In this document: piece by piece, positions 25,801 to 38,982 of the stretch
How the letters are laid out: each line of letters starts with the position of its first letter
How positions within the stretch are numbered: position 1 is the first letter of the stretch
NCBI GenBank assembly: GCA_010909165.1
Contig: MU008177.1
Location: 992,001 to 1,056,000, forward strand
DNA length: 64,000 bases
From: Anthoceros angustus
Taxonomy: Eukaryota; Plantae; Anthocerotophyta
Direction of reading: 5' to 3'
Notes under the pieces: model-generated
Seen by the model: only the letters and a program-made list of their open reading frames with translations
Database searches by the model: none
What the model was told of the DNA's origin: nothing
Position numbers and translations under genes: made by a program

Positions 25801-26640
25801 GGTACAGTTGTATGGCCTCATTAGGTTTCCATGCTTAGCATATGCAGAGATTATGGAAAACCACATGAAGGCATCTGGTTTGCCACCCTGGTGAACACAT
25901 CCATGGCCTCCTCAGCCTACCTCCACATGCATACATGCGCAAGATATGGTTCCCCAAGTATGCATTCGACTCGTACCCAAGTTTGACAGTGAGATCATGA
26001 ACTCGTCGCCCCACAACCAAATCCTTCTTAGCTGTACACAGTTTTAGCACAGTGTAAAACAGAGACTGAGAAAAGCAGAGTCTGTCTGCGCCAGAGATTC
26101 CAGGGCTCCAACGGCCTCAGAAAGCTTCCCTGCTGACACATGCTCACGGTTCCAGCCGTTACGACGCCCATTTCCGATCCTGCACGCCTCCAGGTTCAGG
26201 CTTATCCGGAGAGCTCGACTTGGAAGGAGGCACCATGACCCATCTGCATATCCAAGGAAACGAGCTGCTCATCAACCCAAGCTGGCTTAACATGCTGTTT
26301 AACCACAGGACCTCGCCGGACCCTTACGCCGGAAGTCAGGCGAACGGGAGCTCTTCTTATCTCGTCTGTTGTCCCCACCACACGGTAGGGTCCAGAAAAA
26401 TTGTTGCCACAAGTGCTCCTGCTCCTGCTCCTGGCGACGACCATCGCTGGAAACCGTCCCCACCACACATTTCTCGGAAGTGGAAGTGCTGGGCCTTACA
26501 CTGCTGCACCTGAGGCTTTGTTTGCCAGGGGTTGACTCCTGAGTGAGGTGAGCGGAGTCCTCGTAGAATCCCTGCACGCACACCAATTTGTTGGGTCCAC
26601 AAAGGGTCTGACTGCCATGCTGCGGCCATCGTTCAGAGAC
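22846..26640 (-). CDS. PLS-class PPR gene B: PDF motif + about 6 PLS triplets + E1/E2 + DYW:KP (GRP); frameshifted as assembled
   Basis: ORF 22989-24131 with KKPAVATIEV and HAEKLA; DNA continues to CSCKGRP* at 22846; PDF motif at about 26265-26415. Confidence 0.9.
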
Positions 26641-27382
26641 CGCTGTGGGAAGATGAGGCTCACGACAGATGTCTGCCACAAGTGCTCCTGCTCCTGGCGA
26701 CGACCATCGGTGGAAACCCGTCCCCACCACACGGTAGGGTCCAGAAAAATTGTTGCCACACTGTGCCATCGTTCAGGGACCACTGTCGGAAGATGAGTCT
26801 AACAACAGACTATGGAAGGATGCCCAGGTACTTTGGATGACCACACCACCAAGAAGATCAATCATGCAATTGTAATGCTCAATAGTAGGTTTGATGCCAT
26901 GCTGTTCAGCCAAAATCAGGCCCTCCTGCTCCTGGCGACGACCATCGGTGGAAACCCGTCCCCACCACACGGTAGGGTCCAGCCTAACAATGCTTTCAAA
27001 ACACCACATCCTTTGTGGCCAAGCTGTCAAAACCTGGCGTGCATCTTCCAGTTCACCACCAAGAAGATCAATCATGCAATTGTAATGCTCAATAGTAGGT
27101 TTGATGCCATGCTGTTCAGCCATGGAATCAAAGTGCTTGCAGCATTCTCTCCTGCCTGGCTGATGGTGACGCTGCATACCCAGATATCAGGGCATTCCAT
27201 GTCACCACATTTTGCATACATGCTCACGGTTCCAGCCGTTACGATGAGAAGTGGATCAGTGTTAGCCATCCATGTCCACGTCTCTGTGTGGCCACCGATG
27301 GAGTTAAGCAAGCACATTCAACCCCAAGAAAAAAAGCAAACTTCTTTAGAAACTTGAACACTGGCTAGTTATTTCCTGATTC

Positions 27383-30300
27383 TCACGGTCGTCCCTCACA
27401 ACTGCAACAACCATTTGCGAATCGATGCACACGGTACCCATCCCTTACAACTATGTCCCTATGTTCAAGCCTTGACATGATCGCCGTGGAACTGTGGCAG
27501 TCACTGCACATGCGTAGATTCTTCGTTACCACCAGAGGTGTCCCACTGGAGTGTTCAAGACCAAACGCCAGAGCTAGCTTCTCAGCATGCCCACAAAGCA
27601 TCTTCCTTTTCCTTCTCACACAGTGGCTTCAACACCAATTTTGTGTGAGGTACGTGGCCTCCTTCCTGCTTCAGACGTGCATTCGTGCTCTCTACCTTCA
27701 GAGCTATATCCTCTCTCTTTTCTCCCACCACAAATCTATGTACGTGCTTATTCACCTCGATGGTCGCCACTGCAGGTTTCTTGTTAGCCCCTGCTACCAT
27801 TCTCAGTGTTTCAATCCTGTCTACATCGCTCCACCTACCTGCATCTGCGTAGGCATTGGCCATGAGCACATACGCAGACGCCCTATGAGGGTCCAGCCTA
27901 ACAACGCTTTCAAAACACCAAATCGCCCTCTCTATATCCCCGTGACATTTGCAGGCATTCAACAAAGAAGTTAACCCAACAACATTACTTGGGGCCTCAC
28001 ATGATAATAGAATATTCTCTGCCTCATCTAAATGTCCTGCACGCCCAAGAAGATCAATCATGCAATTGTGATGCTCAATAGTAGGCTTGATGCCATGCTG
28101 TTCAGCCATGGAATCATAGAGCTTGCGACCCTCCTGCACCAGTCCCGCATGACTGCATGCTACTAAAAGGCAAGTAAATGTTGCATCATCAGGCTGAATT
28201 CCAGCAACTAACATCTCCTCAAAACAAGCTAGTGCCTTGTGACCTTCATCACAAGAACCACACCCAGATATCAGGGCATTCCATGTCACCACATCCTTTG
28301 TGACCAAGCTGTCAAAAACCTGGCGCGCATCTTCCAGTTCACCACATTTTGCATACATGTCCACCAGGCAGTTGCCCACCAATATGTTATCCAGCTGTCC
28401 TCTTCACAATCTGAGTGCAGCTGCCTGCCCTTCTGTAAGGCACCAGTGCTTGCACAGGCCTTCAGAAGGCAAGCAAAAGTAACATGGTTCAGCCAAAATC
28501 AGGCCCTCCTGCTCCATTTGTCCATACACAACAAGCGCCTCTTGGCCGAGTCCTTGCTGTGCATACCCAGCAATCAGGGCCGTCCATGTCACCACATCCT
28601 TTGTGCTGTCAAAAACCTGGCGTGCATCTTCCAGTTCACCACATTTTGCATACATGTCCACCAGGCAGTTGCCCAAGACTACGTTATCCAGCAGTCCTCT
28701 TCACAATCTGTGAGTGCAGCTGCCTGCCCTTCTGTAAGGCACCAGTGCACAGGCCTTCAGAAGGCAAGTAACATCGTAGCCACATCAGGCCCTCCTGCTC
28801 CATTTGTCCATACACAACAAGCGCCTCTTGGCCGAGTCCTTGCTGCATACCCAGCAATCAGGGCATTCCATGTCACCACATCCTTTGTGGCCAAGCTGTC
28901 AAAAACCTGGCGTGCATCTTCCAGTTCACCACATTTTGCATACATGTCCACCAGGCAGTGCCCAACACGTTATCCAGCAGTCCTCTTCACAATCTGTGAG
29001 TGCAGCTGCCTGCCCTTCTGTAAGGCACCAGTGCTTGCACAGGCCTTCAGAAGGCAAGCAAAAGTAACATGGTTCAGCCAAAATCAGGCCCTCCTGCTCC
29101 ATTTGCCCATACAGAGCAAGGGCCTCTTGGGCAAGTCCTTGCTGTGCATACCCAGTAATCAAGGCATTCCATGTTACCACATCCTTTGTGGCCAAGCTGT
29201 CAAAAACCTGGCGTGCATCTTTCAGTTCACCACATTTGGCATACATGTCCACCAGGCAGTTGCCCACCAGTACGTCCCCCAGCAGTCCTCTTTCCACAAT
29301 CTGTGAGTGCAGCTGCCTGCCCTTCTGTAAGGCACCAGTGCTTCCACAGGCCTTCAGAAGGCAAGCAAAAGTAACATCAGCCACAATCAGGCCCTCTTGC
29401 TCCATTTGTCCATACACACAAGCGCCTCTTGGCCAGTCCTTGCTGTGCATACCAGCAATCAGGGCATTCCATGTCACCACATCCTTTGTGGCCATGCTGT
29501 CAAAAACCCGGCGTGCATCTTTCAGTTCACCACATTTTGCATACATGTCCACGAGGCAGGTGCCAACAAACAAGTTAAGGGGAATGCCACTGTGCAACAC
29601 ATCACAGTGCACTTTTCTGCCAGATTCCAAGTCGGCGGCAAATGCACAAGCTTGAAGAGCAGCTACAAAGACGTGAGCATCCGCCTTCACACCTAACCTA
29701 CGCATCTCATGGTACAGTTCAATGGCCTTGTTAGGTTTCCCATGCTTAGCATACGCAGAGATTATGGAAAACCACATGAAGGCATCTGGATTGCCCACCC
29801 TGGTGAACACATCCATGGCCTCCTCTAGCCTACCTCCACATGCGTACATGCGCAAGATATGGTTCCCCAGATATGCATTCGACTGGTACCCAAGTCTGAC
29901 AGTGAGATCATGAACTCGTCGCCCCACAACCACATCCTTCTTAGCTGTGCACAGTTTAAGCACAGTGTAAAACAGAGACTGAGAATAGCAGAGTCTGTCT
30001 GCGCCAGAGATTCCAGGGCTCCAACGGCCTCAGAAAGCTTCCCCTGCTGACAAAACATGCTCACGGTTCCAGGCGTTACGACGCCCATTCTCGATCCTCC
30101 ACGCCTGCCAGGTTGAGGCTTATCCGGAGAGCTCGACTTGGAAGGAGAGGCACCATGACCCATCTGCATATCCAAGGAAACCAGCTGGTCATCAACCCAG
30201 GCTGGCTTAAACATGCTGTTTAACCACAGGACCTCGCCGGACCCCTTCCGCCGGAAGTCAGGCGAACGGGAGCCCTTCTGATCTCGTTTGTTATCCCACC

Positions 30301-30600
30301 ACACGGTAGGGTCCAGAAACAATTGTCGCCACAAGTGCTCCTGACGGGTACCTAACCAGGAAAATCCGCCACCGCCAGCAGATTTCGTCGGAAGTAGAAA
30401 TGCTGGGCTCCTTACAGTGCTGCACCTGAAGGCTAGCGATTCATTCCCTGAGGTGAGATAAGCGGGAGCTCCTCGCAGAGTCCCTCGAGACACACCAATT
30501 GCAATTTGTTGGGTGCACAACGGGTCCGGTTGCCATACCGTGGCCATGCCTCAGGGACCGCTGCCTGACGATGGTGCAACAACAGGCGACATGAATGCGC
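27383..30600 (-). CDS. PLS-class PPR gene C: PDF motif + about 4 PLS triplets + E1/E2 + DYW:KP (GRP); frameshifted as assembled
   Basis: ORFs 27383-27619 (HAEKLA...CSCEGRP*), 27582-28382, 28926-29963 and 29825-30547 (WWDNKRDQKGSRSPDFRRKG). Confidence 0.9.
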
Positions 30601-30704
30601 TTGTGATGGGTACCAACAAACCACCCTAGTGCATGGTGGTCGTCGGGTACCACCAAACCACCCTAGAGCAGGGTGCTAGTCGGGCACATTGTCGGGCAAG
30701 GGGA

Positions 30705-33660
30705 CACTTCATGGTTGCCAAGTTTGGGTCACGAAAGTGACACACCTATGTCTAGCTAGCTCAAGGGCTTTGAAAAAACAGGTTGGGCATTGGCGCGGAC
30801 AGAAACACCCCTCAACGGGGTGGGGAAAACATCCAATCCTGCATTTCAGGATCTTGCAGTTAATCTATTTGTGAGTATCCACATGCTCAACCACAGTTGT
30901 CATTGCCTTCACTTCTTGACCCTATTTGCGACTCAACGCATCTGCAACCTTATTCTCTTTTCCAGGTTTAATTTTAGAGTCACATCATACATAGCTAGGA
31001 AATCCTGCTATCTAGCTTGTCTCGCGTTCAACTTCAATTGGTTGGAGAAGTATGTTGTACTGATATTATCAGTATAAAGCACAAAAGACCTTCCCAAGAG
31101 ATAGTGTCATCCATGTCACCACATCCTTTGTGCCATGCTGTCAAAACCTGGCGTGCATCTTCCTTTTCCTTCTCATAGGTGGGATACTTCATCTCATAAG
31201 GATGCAACTTCCTTGACTCAAAAGCTAACGGCTTTTGGTCACGCATCAAAACTCCACCTATAGCCAGAGGCATCACAATACACTTCTACATCTTTCTTGG
31301 GGTCATACATTCCCAACACCGGAGTAGTACTCAACTTCTCTTTCAAGTATTCAAAGGCTGCTTGACAATCAGCATCCCACTTCCAAGCTTTTGATGTCTT
31401 CAAGAGGTTAGTTATGGGGGCTGCTATCTTAGCAAACATATGTACAAACCTCCCTATACACAGAAGCCAAACCCATAAAGCTCCATACCTCATGAATGTT
31501 TTAAGGGGGCTGTCAATCTTGAATGGCTTTAACTTTATCAAGATCCATCCTGATGCCCTCGGCAAAGACAATAAAACATATTTGCAAGGAACAAAGAATT
31601 CTCTCTTAGCTTTTGTAACACTTCTCTTAAGTGTTCAGCATGTTCCTCCAAGGTATGGCTAAAGATCAAAATGTCATCCAAATAAATTATTGTCATCCAG
31701 ATAGATTACAACACACTTGTCCACCAGATCTATGAATATAGTATTCATAAGTGTTTGAAATGTGGCAGGTGCATTAGTAAGTCCAAATGGCATGACTAGA
31801 AATTCAAAAGCCCCATACAGTCCTACATGTTTTGTACTCATGCCCCTCGAATCCCGATCCGATAGTACCGCCATCGATCCACGGTGAAATACTTGGCACC
31901 CTTCAACTGTCAAACATATCATCCATTCTAGGCAAAGGATATGCATTCTTGATTGTAATCGATTCAGCTCGTAATCCGGACACAATCGAGTCCTCCATTC
32001 TTTTGGCGTGAACAATACAGCGCACCAAAAGGAGACTTAGAAACTCGACATATCCCTTTGCCAGGTTGGATAGTTGTCGCTTGAGCTCTTGCAACTCATC
32101 CAATGACAATCTATACGGTGCTCTTGAAGGCGTACTCGGCTTCAATTCAATCTCATGATCTACTACTGCGAGGCGGCAATGGTGGCAACTCATCCGGCAT
32201 CAAATCCTTGAACTCATCCGATAGATTACAACACACTTGTCCACCAGATCTATGAATATAGTATTCATAAGTGTTTGAAATGTGGCAGGTGCATTAGTAA
32301 GTCCAAATGGCATGACTAGAAATTCAAAAGCCCCATACCTGGTCCTACAAGCTGTTTTGTACTCATGCCCCTCAGCAATCCTGATCTGATAGTACCCTGC
32401 CATTAGATCCATCTTGGTGAAATACTTGGCACCCTTCAACATGTCAAACATATCATCCATTCTCGGCAAAGGATATGCATTCTTGATTGTAATCTGATTC
32501 AAAGCTCTGTAATCTAGACACAATCTGAGTCCTCCATTCTTTTTGCGCGTGAACAATACAGGCGCACCAAAAGGAGACTTAGAAACTCTGACATATCCCT
32601 TTGCCAGGTTGGATAGTTGTCGCTTGAGCTCTTGCAACTCATCCAATGACAATCTATACGGTGCTCTTGAAGGAGGCGTACTCCATGGCTTCAATTCAAT
32701 CTCATGATCTACTACTCTGCGAGACGGCAACGGTGGCAACTCATCTGGCACCAAATCCTTCTTAGCTGTACACAGTTTAGCACAGTGTAAAACAGAGACT
32801 GAGATAGCAGTCTGTGCCAGAGATTCCAGGGCTCCAACGGCCTCAAGCTTCGGCTAACACTAGCACAACTCACCTTGTGCTTCTTGGATATCTCAATAGT
32901 GCGAGACTTAACATCCATATACACTTCATGGTTGCCAAGTTGGGTCACGAAAGTGACACACCATGTCTAGCTAGCTCAAGGGCTTTGAAAAACAGGTTGG
33001 GCATTGGCGCGGAAACACCCTCAACGGGGTGGGAAAACATCCAATCCTGCATTTCAGGATCTTGCAGTTAATCTATTTGTGAGTATCCACATGCTCAACC
33101 ACAGTTGTCATTGCCTTCACTTCTTGACCCTATTTGCGACTCAACGCATCTGCAACCTTATTCTCTTTCCAGGTTTAATTTTAGAGTCACATCATACATA
33201 GCTAGGAAAATCCGCCATCTAGCTTGTCTCGCGTTCAACTTCAATTGGTTGGAGAAGTATGTTATCTTGATATTATCGATAAAGCAAAGACCTACCCAAG
33301 AGATAGTGTCTCCAAGCCTTTAGGCGGTGGATGGCGTCATTTCCTTGCCATGCTTCAACTTGCAGCTTTACTCCATGCAATTCGCCCAGAAATTGCAGAG
33401 TCCCTTTAGCTTGCTTGATTCCATATGGCGTGGAAGTTACAGTCCATTCAAGACCAAGTTCTCTTGCCTTACTAGGAGTTATAAAATTGTGGGTGGTTGC
33501 AGAATCCAACAACAACTCTACATCCAAGCCATTCATCTTCCCACATATATACATGAGGTCTCCACCTTTCCTCATTATAGTGTCATCCTTGACACTAGAT
33601 GACTCACCACATGTCTTCACAACATGTGGGCCACGTCACACAGGCTCCTCGGGAAGTTCT
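30705..33660 (-). mobile_element. Ty3/Gypsy (chromovirus-like) pol fragments: protease, RT, RNase H; internally duplicated
   Basis: LLDSATTHNFI; SPFGAPVLF...[11 protein letters not shown]...[13 protein letters not shown]; YCDASDMAIGGVL; NKVADALSR. Confidence 0.85.
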
Positions 33661-33711
33661 TGATCCCGGCTCTTGGAGCAGTGGATTGGCAGCAACCAAA
33701 TTCAAGTTGGG

Positions 33712-34820
33712 AGGAATGCCACTGTGCAACATCACAGTGCACTTTTCTGCCAGATTCCAAGTCGGCGGCAAATGCACAAGCTTGAAGGGCAGCTACAAAA
33801 GACGTGAGCATCCGCCTTCACTCCTGACCTACGCATCTCATGGTACAGTTGTATGGCCTCATTAGGTTTCCCATGCTTAGCATGCAGAGATTATGGAAGA
33901 CCACATGAAGGCATCTGGTTTGCCCACCCTGGTGAACACATCCATGGCCTCCTCTAGCCTACCTCCACATGCATACATGCGCAAGATATGGTTCCCCAAG
34001 TATGCATTCGACTGGTACCCAAGTCTGACAGTGAGATCATGAACTCGTCGCCCCACAACCACATCCTTCTTAGCTGTGCACAGTTTAAGCACAGTGTAAA
34101 ACAGAGACTGAGATATAGCGAAATCTGTGTCCGCCAGAGACTCCAGGGCACCAACGGCCTCAGAAAGCTTCCCCTGATGACATAGCATGCTCACGGTTCC
34201 AGCCGTCACGACGCCCATTCTCGATCGTGCACGTCTCCTAGGTTCAGGTTTATCGAGAGAGCTAGATTGGGAAGGAGAGGCACCATGACCCATCTGCACG
34301 TCCAAAGCAACAAGCTGCTCATCAAGCCAGGCTTGCGCGAGCATGCTGTTTAACCACAGGACCTCGCCGGACCCCTTCCGCCGGAAGTCAGGCGAACGGG
34401 AGCCCTTCTGATCTCGTTTGTTATCCCACCACACGGTAGGGTCCAGAAACAATTGTCGCCACAAGTGCTCCTGACGGGTACCTAACCAGGAAAATCCGCC
34501 ACCGCCAGCAGATTTCGTCAGTAGAAATGCTTTTACTGCACCTGAAGGCTAGCGATTCATTCCCTGAGGTGAGATAAGCGGGAGCTCCTCGCAGAGTCCC
34601 TCGAGACACACCAATTGCAATTTGTTGGGTGCACAACGGGTCCGGTTGCCATACCGTGGCCATGCCTCAGGGACCGCTGCCTGACGATGGTGCAACAACA
34701 GGCGACATGAATGCGCTTGTGATGGGTACCAACAAACCACCCTAGTGCATGGTGGTCGTCGGGTACCACCAAACCACCCTAGAGCAGGGTGCTAGTCGGG
34801 CACATTGTCGGGCAAGGGGA
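33712..34820 (-). pseudogene. N-terminal fragment of a PDF-PLS PPR gene (largely a copy of the gene C 5' end)
   Basis: ORF 33877-34464 with PDF motif and first PPR block; no C-terminus. Confidence 0.8.
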
Positions 34821-37800
34821 CACTTCATGGTTGCCAAGTTTGGGTCACGAAAGTGACACACCTATGTCTAGCTAGCTCAAGGGCTTTGAAAAACAGGTTG
34901 GGCATTGGCGCGGAAACACCCTCAACGGGGTGGGAAAACATCCAATCCTGCATTTCAGGATCTTGCAGTTAATCTATTTGTGAGTATCCACATGCTCAAC
35001 CACAGTTGTCATTGCCTTCACTTCTTGACCCTGTTTGCGACTCAACGCATCTGCAACCTTATTCTCTTTTCCAGGTTTATATTTTAGAGTCACATCATAC
35101 ATAGCTAGGAAAATCCTGCTATCTAGCTTGTCTCGCGTTCAACTTCAATTGGTTGGAGAAGTATGTTGTACTGATATTATCAGTATACAGCACAAAAGAC
35201 CTACCCAAGAGATAGTGTCTCCAAGCCTTTAGACAGTGGATGACGTCATTTCCTTCTCATAGGTGGGATACTTCATCTCATAAGGATGCAACTTCCTTGA
35301 CTCAAAAGCTAACGGCTTTTGGTCCTGCATCAAAACTCCACCTATAGCCATGTCTGAGGCATCACAATACACTTCTACATCTTTCTTGGGGTCATACATT
35401 CCCAACACCGGAGTAGTACTCAACTTCTCTTTCAAGTATTCAAAGGCTTGACAATCGACATCCCACTTCCAAGCTTTTGATGTCTTCAAGAGGTTAGTTA
35501 TGGGGCTGCTATCTTAGCAAACATATGTACAAACCTCCATACGAAGCCAAACCCATAAAGCTCATACCTCATGAATGTTAAGGGGCCAATCTTGAATGGC
35601 TTTAACTTTATCGGGATCCATCACGATGCCCTCGGCAAAGACAATAAAACATATTTGCCAAGAACAAAGAATTCTCTCTTAGCTTTTGTAACACTTCTCT
35701 TAAGGCCGTGATAAACTTGTGGAGTTTGTCCGCTCATGCATCTCTGGACATTGCAAGACAATAGAGCTAAACTCACTCACATACTCCCGCAAAGTTCCGG
35801 TATGCTTGACATTGTCGAGCATCCTTCGCTCCTCATGCATTAGCGGGTTGGAAACGGAGTTGCAGCGCTTGCTTGAAGTCTGCCCATGTGAAGATTATGG
35901 CTCTGCGATTGCCTTGCCTTACGCTCTCAACGTAAGTCCTCCACCAAGTAAGAGCATAATCCTCTAAGAAATTCGTGACGTGCTTGTACTCATCTTGCGG
36001 CACTGCATGATTCGAGGTACGCTTCCAAAGAGAAAACCAAGGCGATTTTCTACGCCACGCCGCCTTTTATAAGTCTTTGGGGCTGTGCTCGGCCTCAACT
36101 TCTTAGACTTTTGGCGGTGCTCTCGAGCTCGAGCTCCACTTCTTTGGGCTCTTCTTCAACGAGCTTTACCGCCTTTCATCTCCTGATCCATGGCATCAAG
36201 TCTCCTCACGATCTTTGGGAGCTGGTCCTCTATCGTGGTGCCGGTCCTCTGCTCCAAGTTCCTTCCTCCATTCTCACAACTTGCGGACTACTTTGTGGCT
36301 CTTCCACGGCTTGATAGCGGGGCCTTATCCTTCGTATCCTTTCCACTCTACTTGGCTCGGGATCGCCATCTCCACTAGCGTACTAGTCAAGATGCTTCAA
36401 CCTATGCTCGATACAAGTAACACCCCTCAACGGGGTGGGAAAACATCCAATCCTGCATTTCAGGATCTTGCAGTTAATCTATTTGTGAGTATCCACATGC
36501 TCAACCACAGTTGTCATTGCCTTCACTTCTTGACCCTATTTGCGACTCAACGCATCTGCAACCTTATTCTCTTTTCCAGGTTTAATTTTAGAGTCACATC
36601 ATACATAGCTAGGAAATCCTGCTATCTAGCTTGTCTCGCGTTCAACTTCAATTGGTTGGAGAAGTATGTTGTACTGATATTATCGATAAAGCAAGACCTA
36701 CCAAGAGATAGTGTCTCCAAGCCTTTAGGCGGTGGATGGCGTCATTTCCTTCTCATAGGTGGGATACTTCATCTCATAAGGATGCAACTTCCTTGACTCA
36801 AAAGCTAACGGCTTTTGGTCACGCATCAAAACTCCACCTATAGCCATGTCGAGGCATCACAATACACTTCTACATCTTTCTTGGGGTCATACATTCCCAA
36901 CAGGAGTAGTACTCAACTTCTCTTTCAAGTATTCAAAGGCTTGACAATCGACATCCCACTTCCAAGCTTTTGATGTCTTCAAGAGGTTAGTTATGGGGCT
37001 GCTATCTTAGCAAACATATGTACAAACCTCCATACGAAGCCAAACCCATAAAGCTCATACCTCATGAATGTTAAGGGGCCAATCTTGAATGGCTTTAACT
37101 TTATCGGGATCCATCACGATGCCCTCGGCAAAGACAATAAAACATATTTGCCAAGAACAAAGAATTCTCTCTTAGCTTTTGTAACACTTCTCTTAAGTGT
37201 TGACATGTTCCTCAAGGTATGGCTAAAGATCAAAATGTCATCCATGATAGATTACAACACACTTGTCCACGGATCTATGAATATAGTATTCATAAGTGTT
37301 TGAAATGTGGCGGTGCATTAGTAAGTCCAAATGGCATGAATTCAAAAGCCCCATACGGTCCTACAAATTTGTACTCATGCCCCTCGGCAATCACGATCGA
37401 TAGTACGCCATCGATCCACGGTGAAATACTTGGCACCCTTCAACTGTCAAACATATCATCCATTCTAGGCAAAGGATATGCATTCTTGATTGTAATCGAT
37501 TCAAAAGCTCGTAATCCGGACACAATCGAGTCCTCCATTCTTTTTTGGCGTGAACAATACGGCGCACCAAAGGAGACTTAGAAACTCGACATATCCCTTT
37601 GCCAGCGGGTTGGATAGTTGTCGCTTGAGCTCTTGCAACTCATCCTGACAATCTATCGGTGCTCTTGAAGGCGTACTCACGGCTTCAAGTCAATCTCATG
37701 ATCTACTACTCTGCGAGGCAATGGTGGCAACTCATCGGCATCAAATCCTTGAACTCATCCGATAGCTTGTACTTCTTTTGGGATGTCTTTCACCTCTGTG

Positions 37801-38816
37801 GAATCTTCTTCTAGACCATCCTCTAGTCCTTGGAGTACAACTAAGTATAGCTCCTTCACGGCCTCCCCTTGGGCTTCTGAGCAACAAGTGCTCTCAAGGC
37901 ATAGCCCAAGCATCAAGTGCTCTCAAGGTTGAGGCATCTTTAGCCAGGGCTAGGTCTCCTTTTATACTCAAGCCCTAGCTACAATCTTAGTAACTACTTA
38001 CTTAAGCTTTAAGCTATTATTTACTACCATACACTTCCTAGGGCTGCATGCTTAACATGCTCTTAATGTACTCTTCTAAACATGCCTCTGCATGGAGCTT
38101 TCTTACCAAGCACTCAAGCCGACTTTGTACTCATGCCCCTCGGCAATCACGATCGATACCGCCATCGATCCACTTGGTGAAATACTTGGCACCCTTCAAC
38201 TGTCAAACATATCATCCATTCTAGGCAAAGGATATGCATTCTTGATTGTAATCGATTCAAAAGCTCGTAATCCGGACACAGTCCTCCATTCTTTTCTTGG
38301 CGTGAACAATACGGCGCACCAAAGGAGACTTAGAAACTCGACATATCCCTTTGCCCAGTTGGATAGTTGTCGCTTGAGCTCTTGCAACTCATCCTGACAA
38401 TCTATACGGTGCTCTTGAAGGGCGTACTCACGGCTTCAATTCAATCTCATGATCTACTACTGCGAGGCGGCAATGGTGGCAACTCATCCATCAAATCCTT
38501 GAACTCATCCGATAGCTTGTACTTCTTTTGGGATGTCTTTCACCTCTGGAATCTTCTTCTAGACCATCCTCTAGTCCTTGGAGTACAACTAAGTATAGCT
38601 CCTTCTTTTCCGAGATCCTTCTTAAGCTCTCTTTTGAATCTGTTTCGAATTTAGTAAGCTTGGGATTTGGCAAGTTGGGAATTTGACAAGCCAGGAATTT
38701 CGCAAGGCGGCGAGCGTCACTTACATGTTGCTTTTGGGGCACAAATCTTGTTAGCCCCAGGGAATTGACCCTCTTTACCTCCAATCTGGCCTTCCGTTTC
38801 TTAGTGAAGAATTGCC

Positions 38817-38818
<2 letters not shown>
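34820..38818 (-). mobile_element. Further Gypsy fragments (RNase H, RT, gag, LTR pieces)
   Basis: Repeats of the 30705-32750 sequence plus gag/LTR segments matching 42015-43410. Confidence 0.8.
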
Positions 38819-38847
<29 letters not shown>

Positions 38848-38982
38848 TAGATCATTAGGCGTATGCAGCCGTGAGGCTATGACGCCTAAACAAGAATCAA
38901 GAACATGAATGAAGTGACATTTGGGAGAGCGTAAAAGCAAAGAAAGTAGATCAAACAAAGATCAGAAGACTAAATAGCTTTG

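Noticed and set aside
16400-29500. Regular repeats that might suggest a CRISPR-like array
   Set aside because: The 306-bp units are protein-coding PPR triplets with no repeat-spacer structure, in a eukaryotic context.
16232-29655. Long plus-strand ORFs (e.g. 16232-17446, 24029-24835, 28239-29306)
   Set aside because: They are antisense shadows of the repetitive PPR coding strand, with no independent protein features.
15429-30600. Treating the PPR genes as true pseudogenes or as programmed frameshifting
   Set aside because: The same 1-2 bp indel pattern affects every element in the window, consistent with sequencing error; gene status cannot be decided here.
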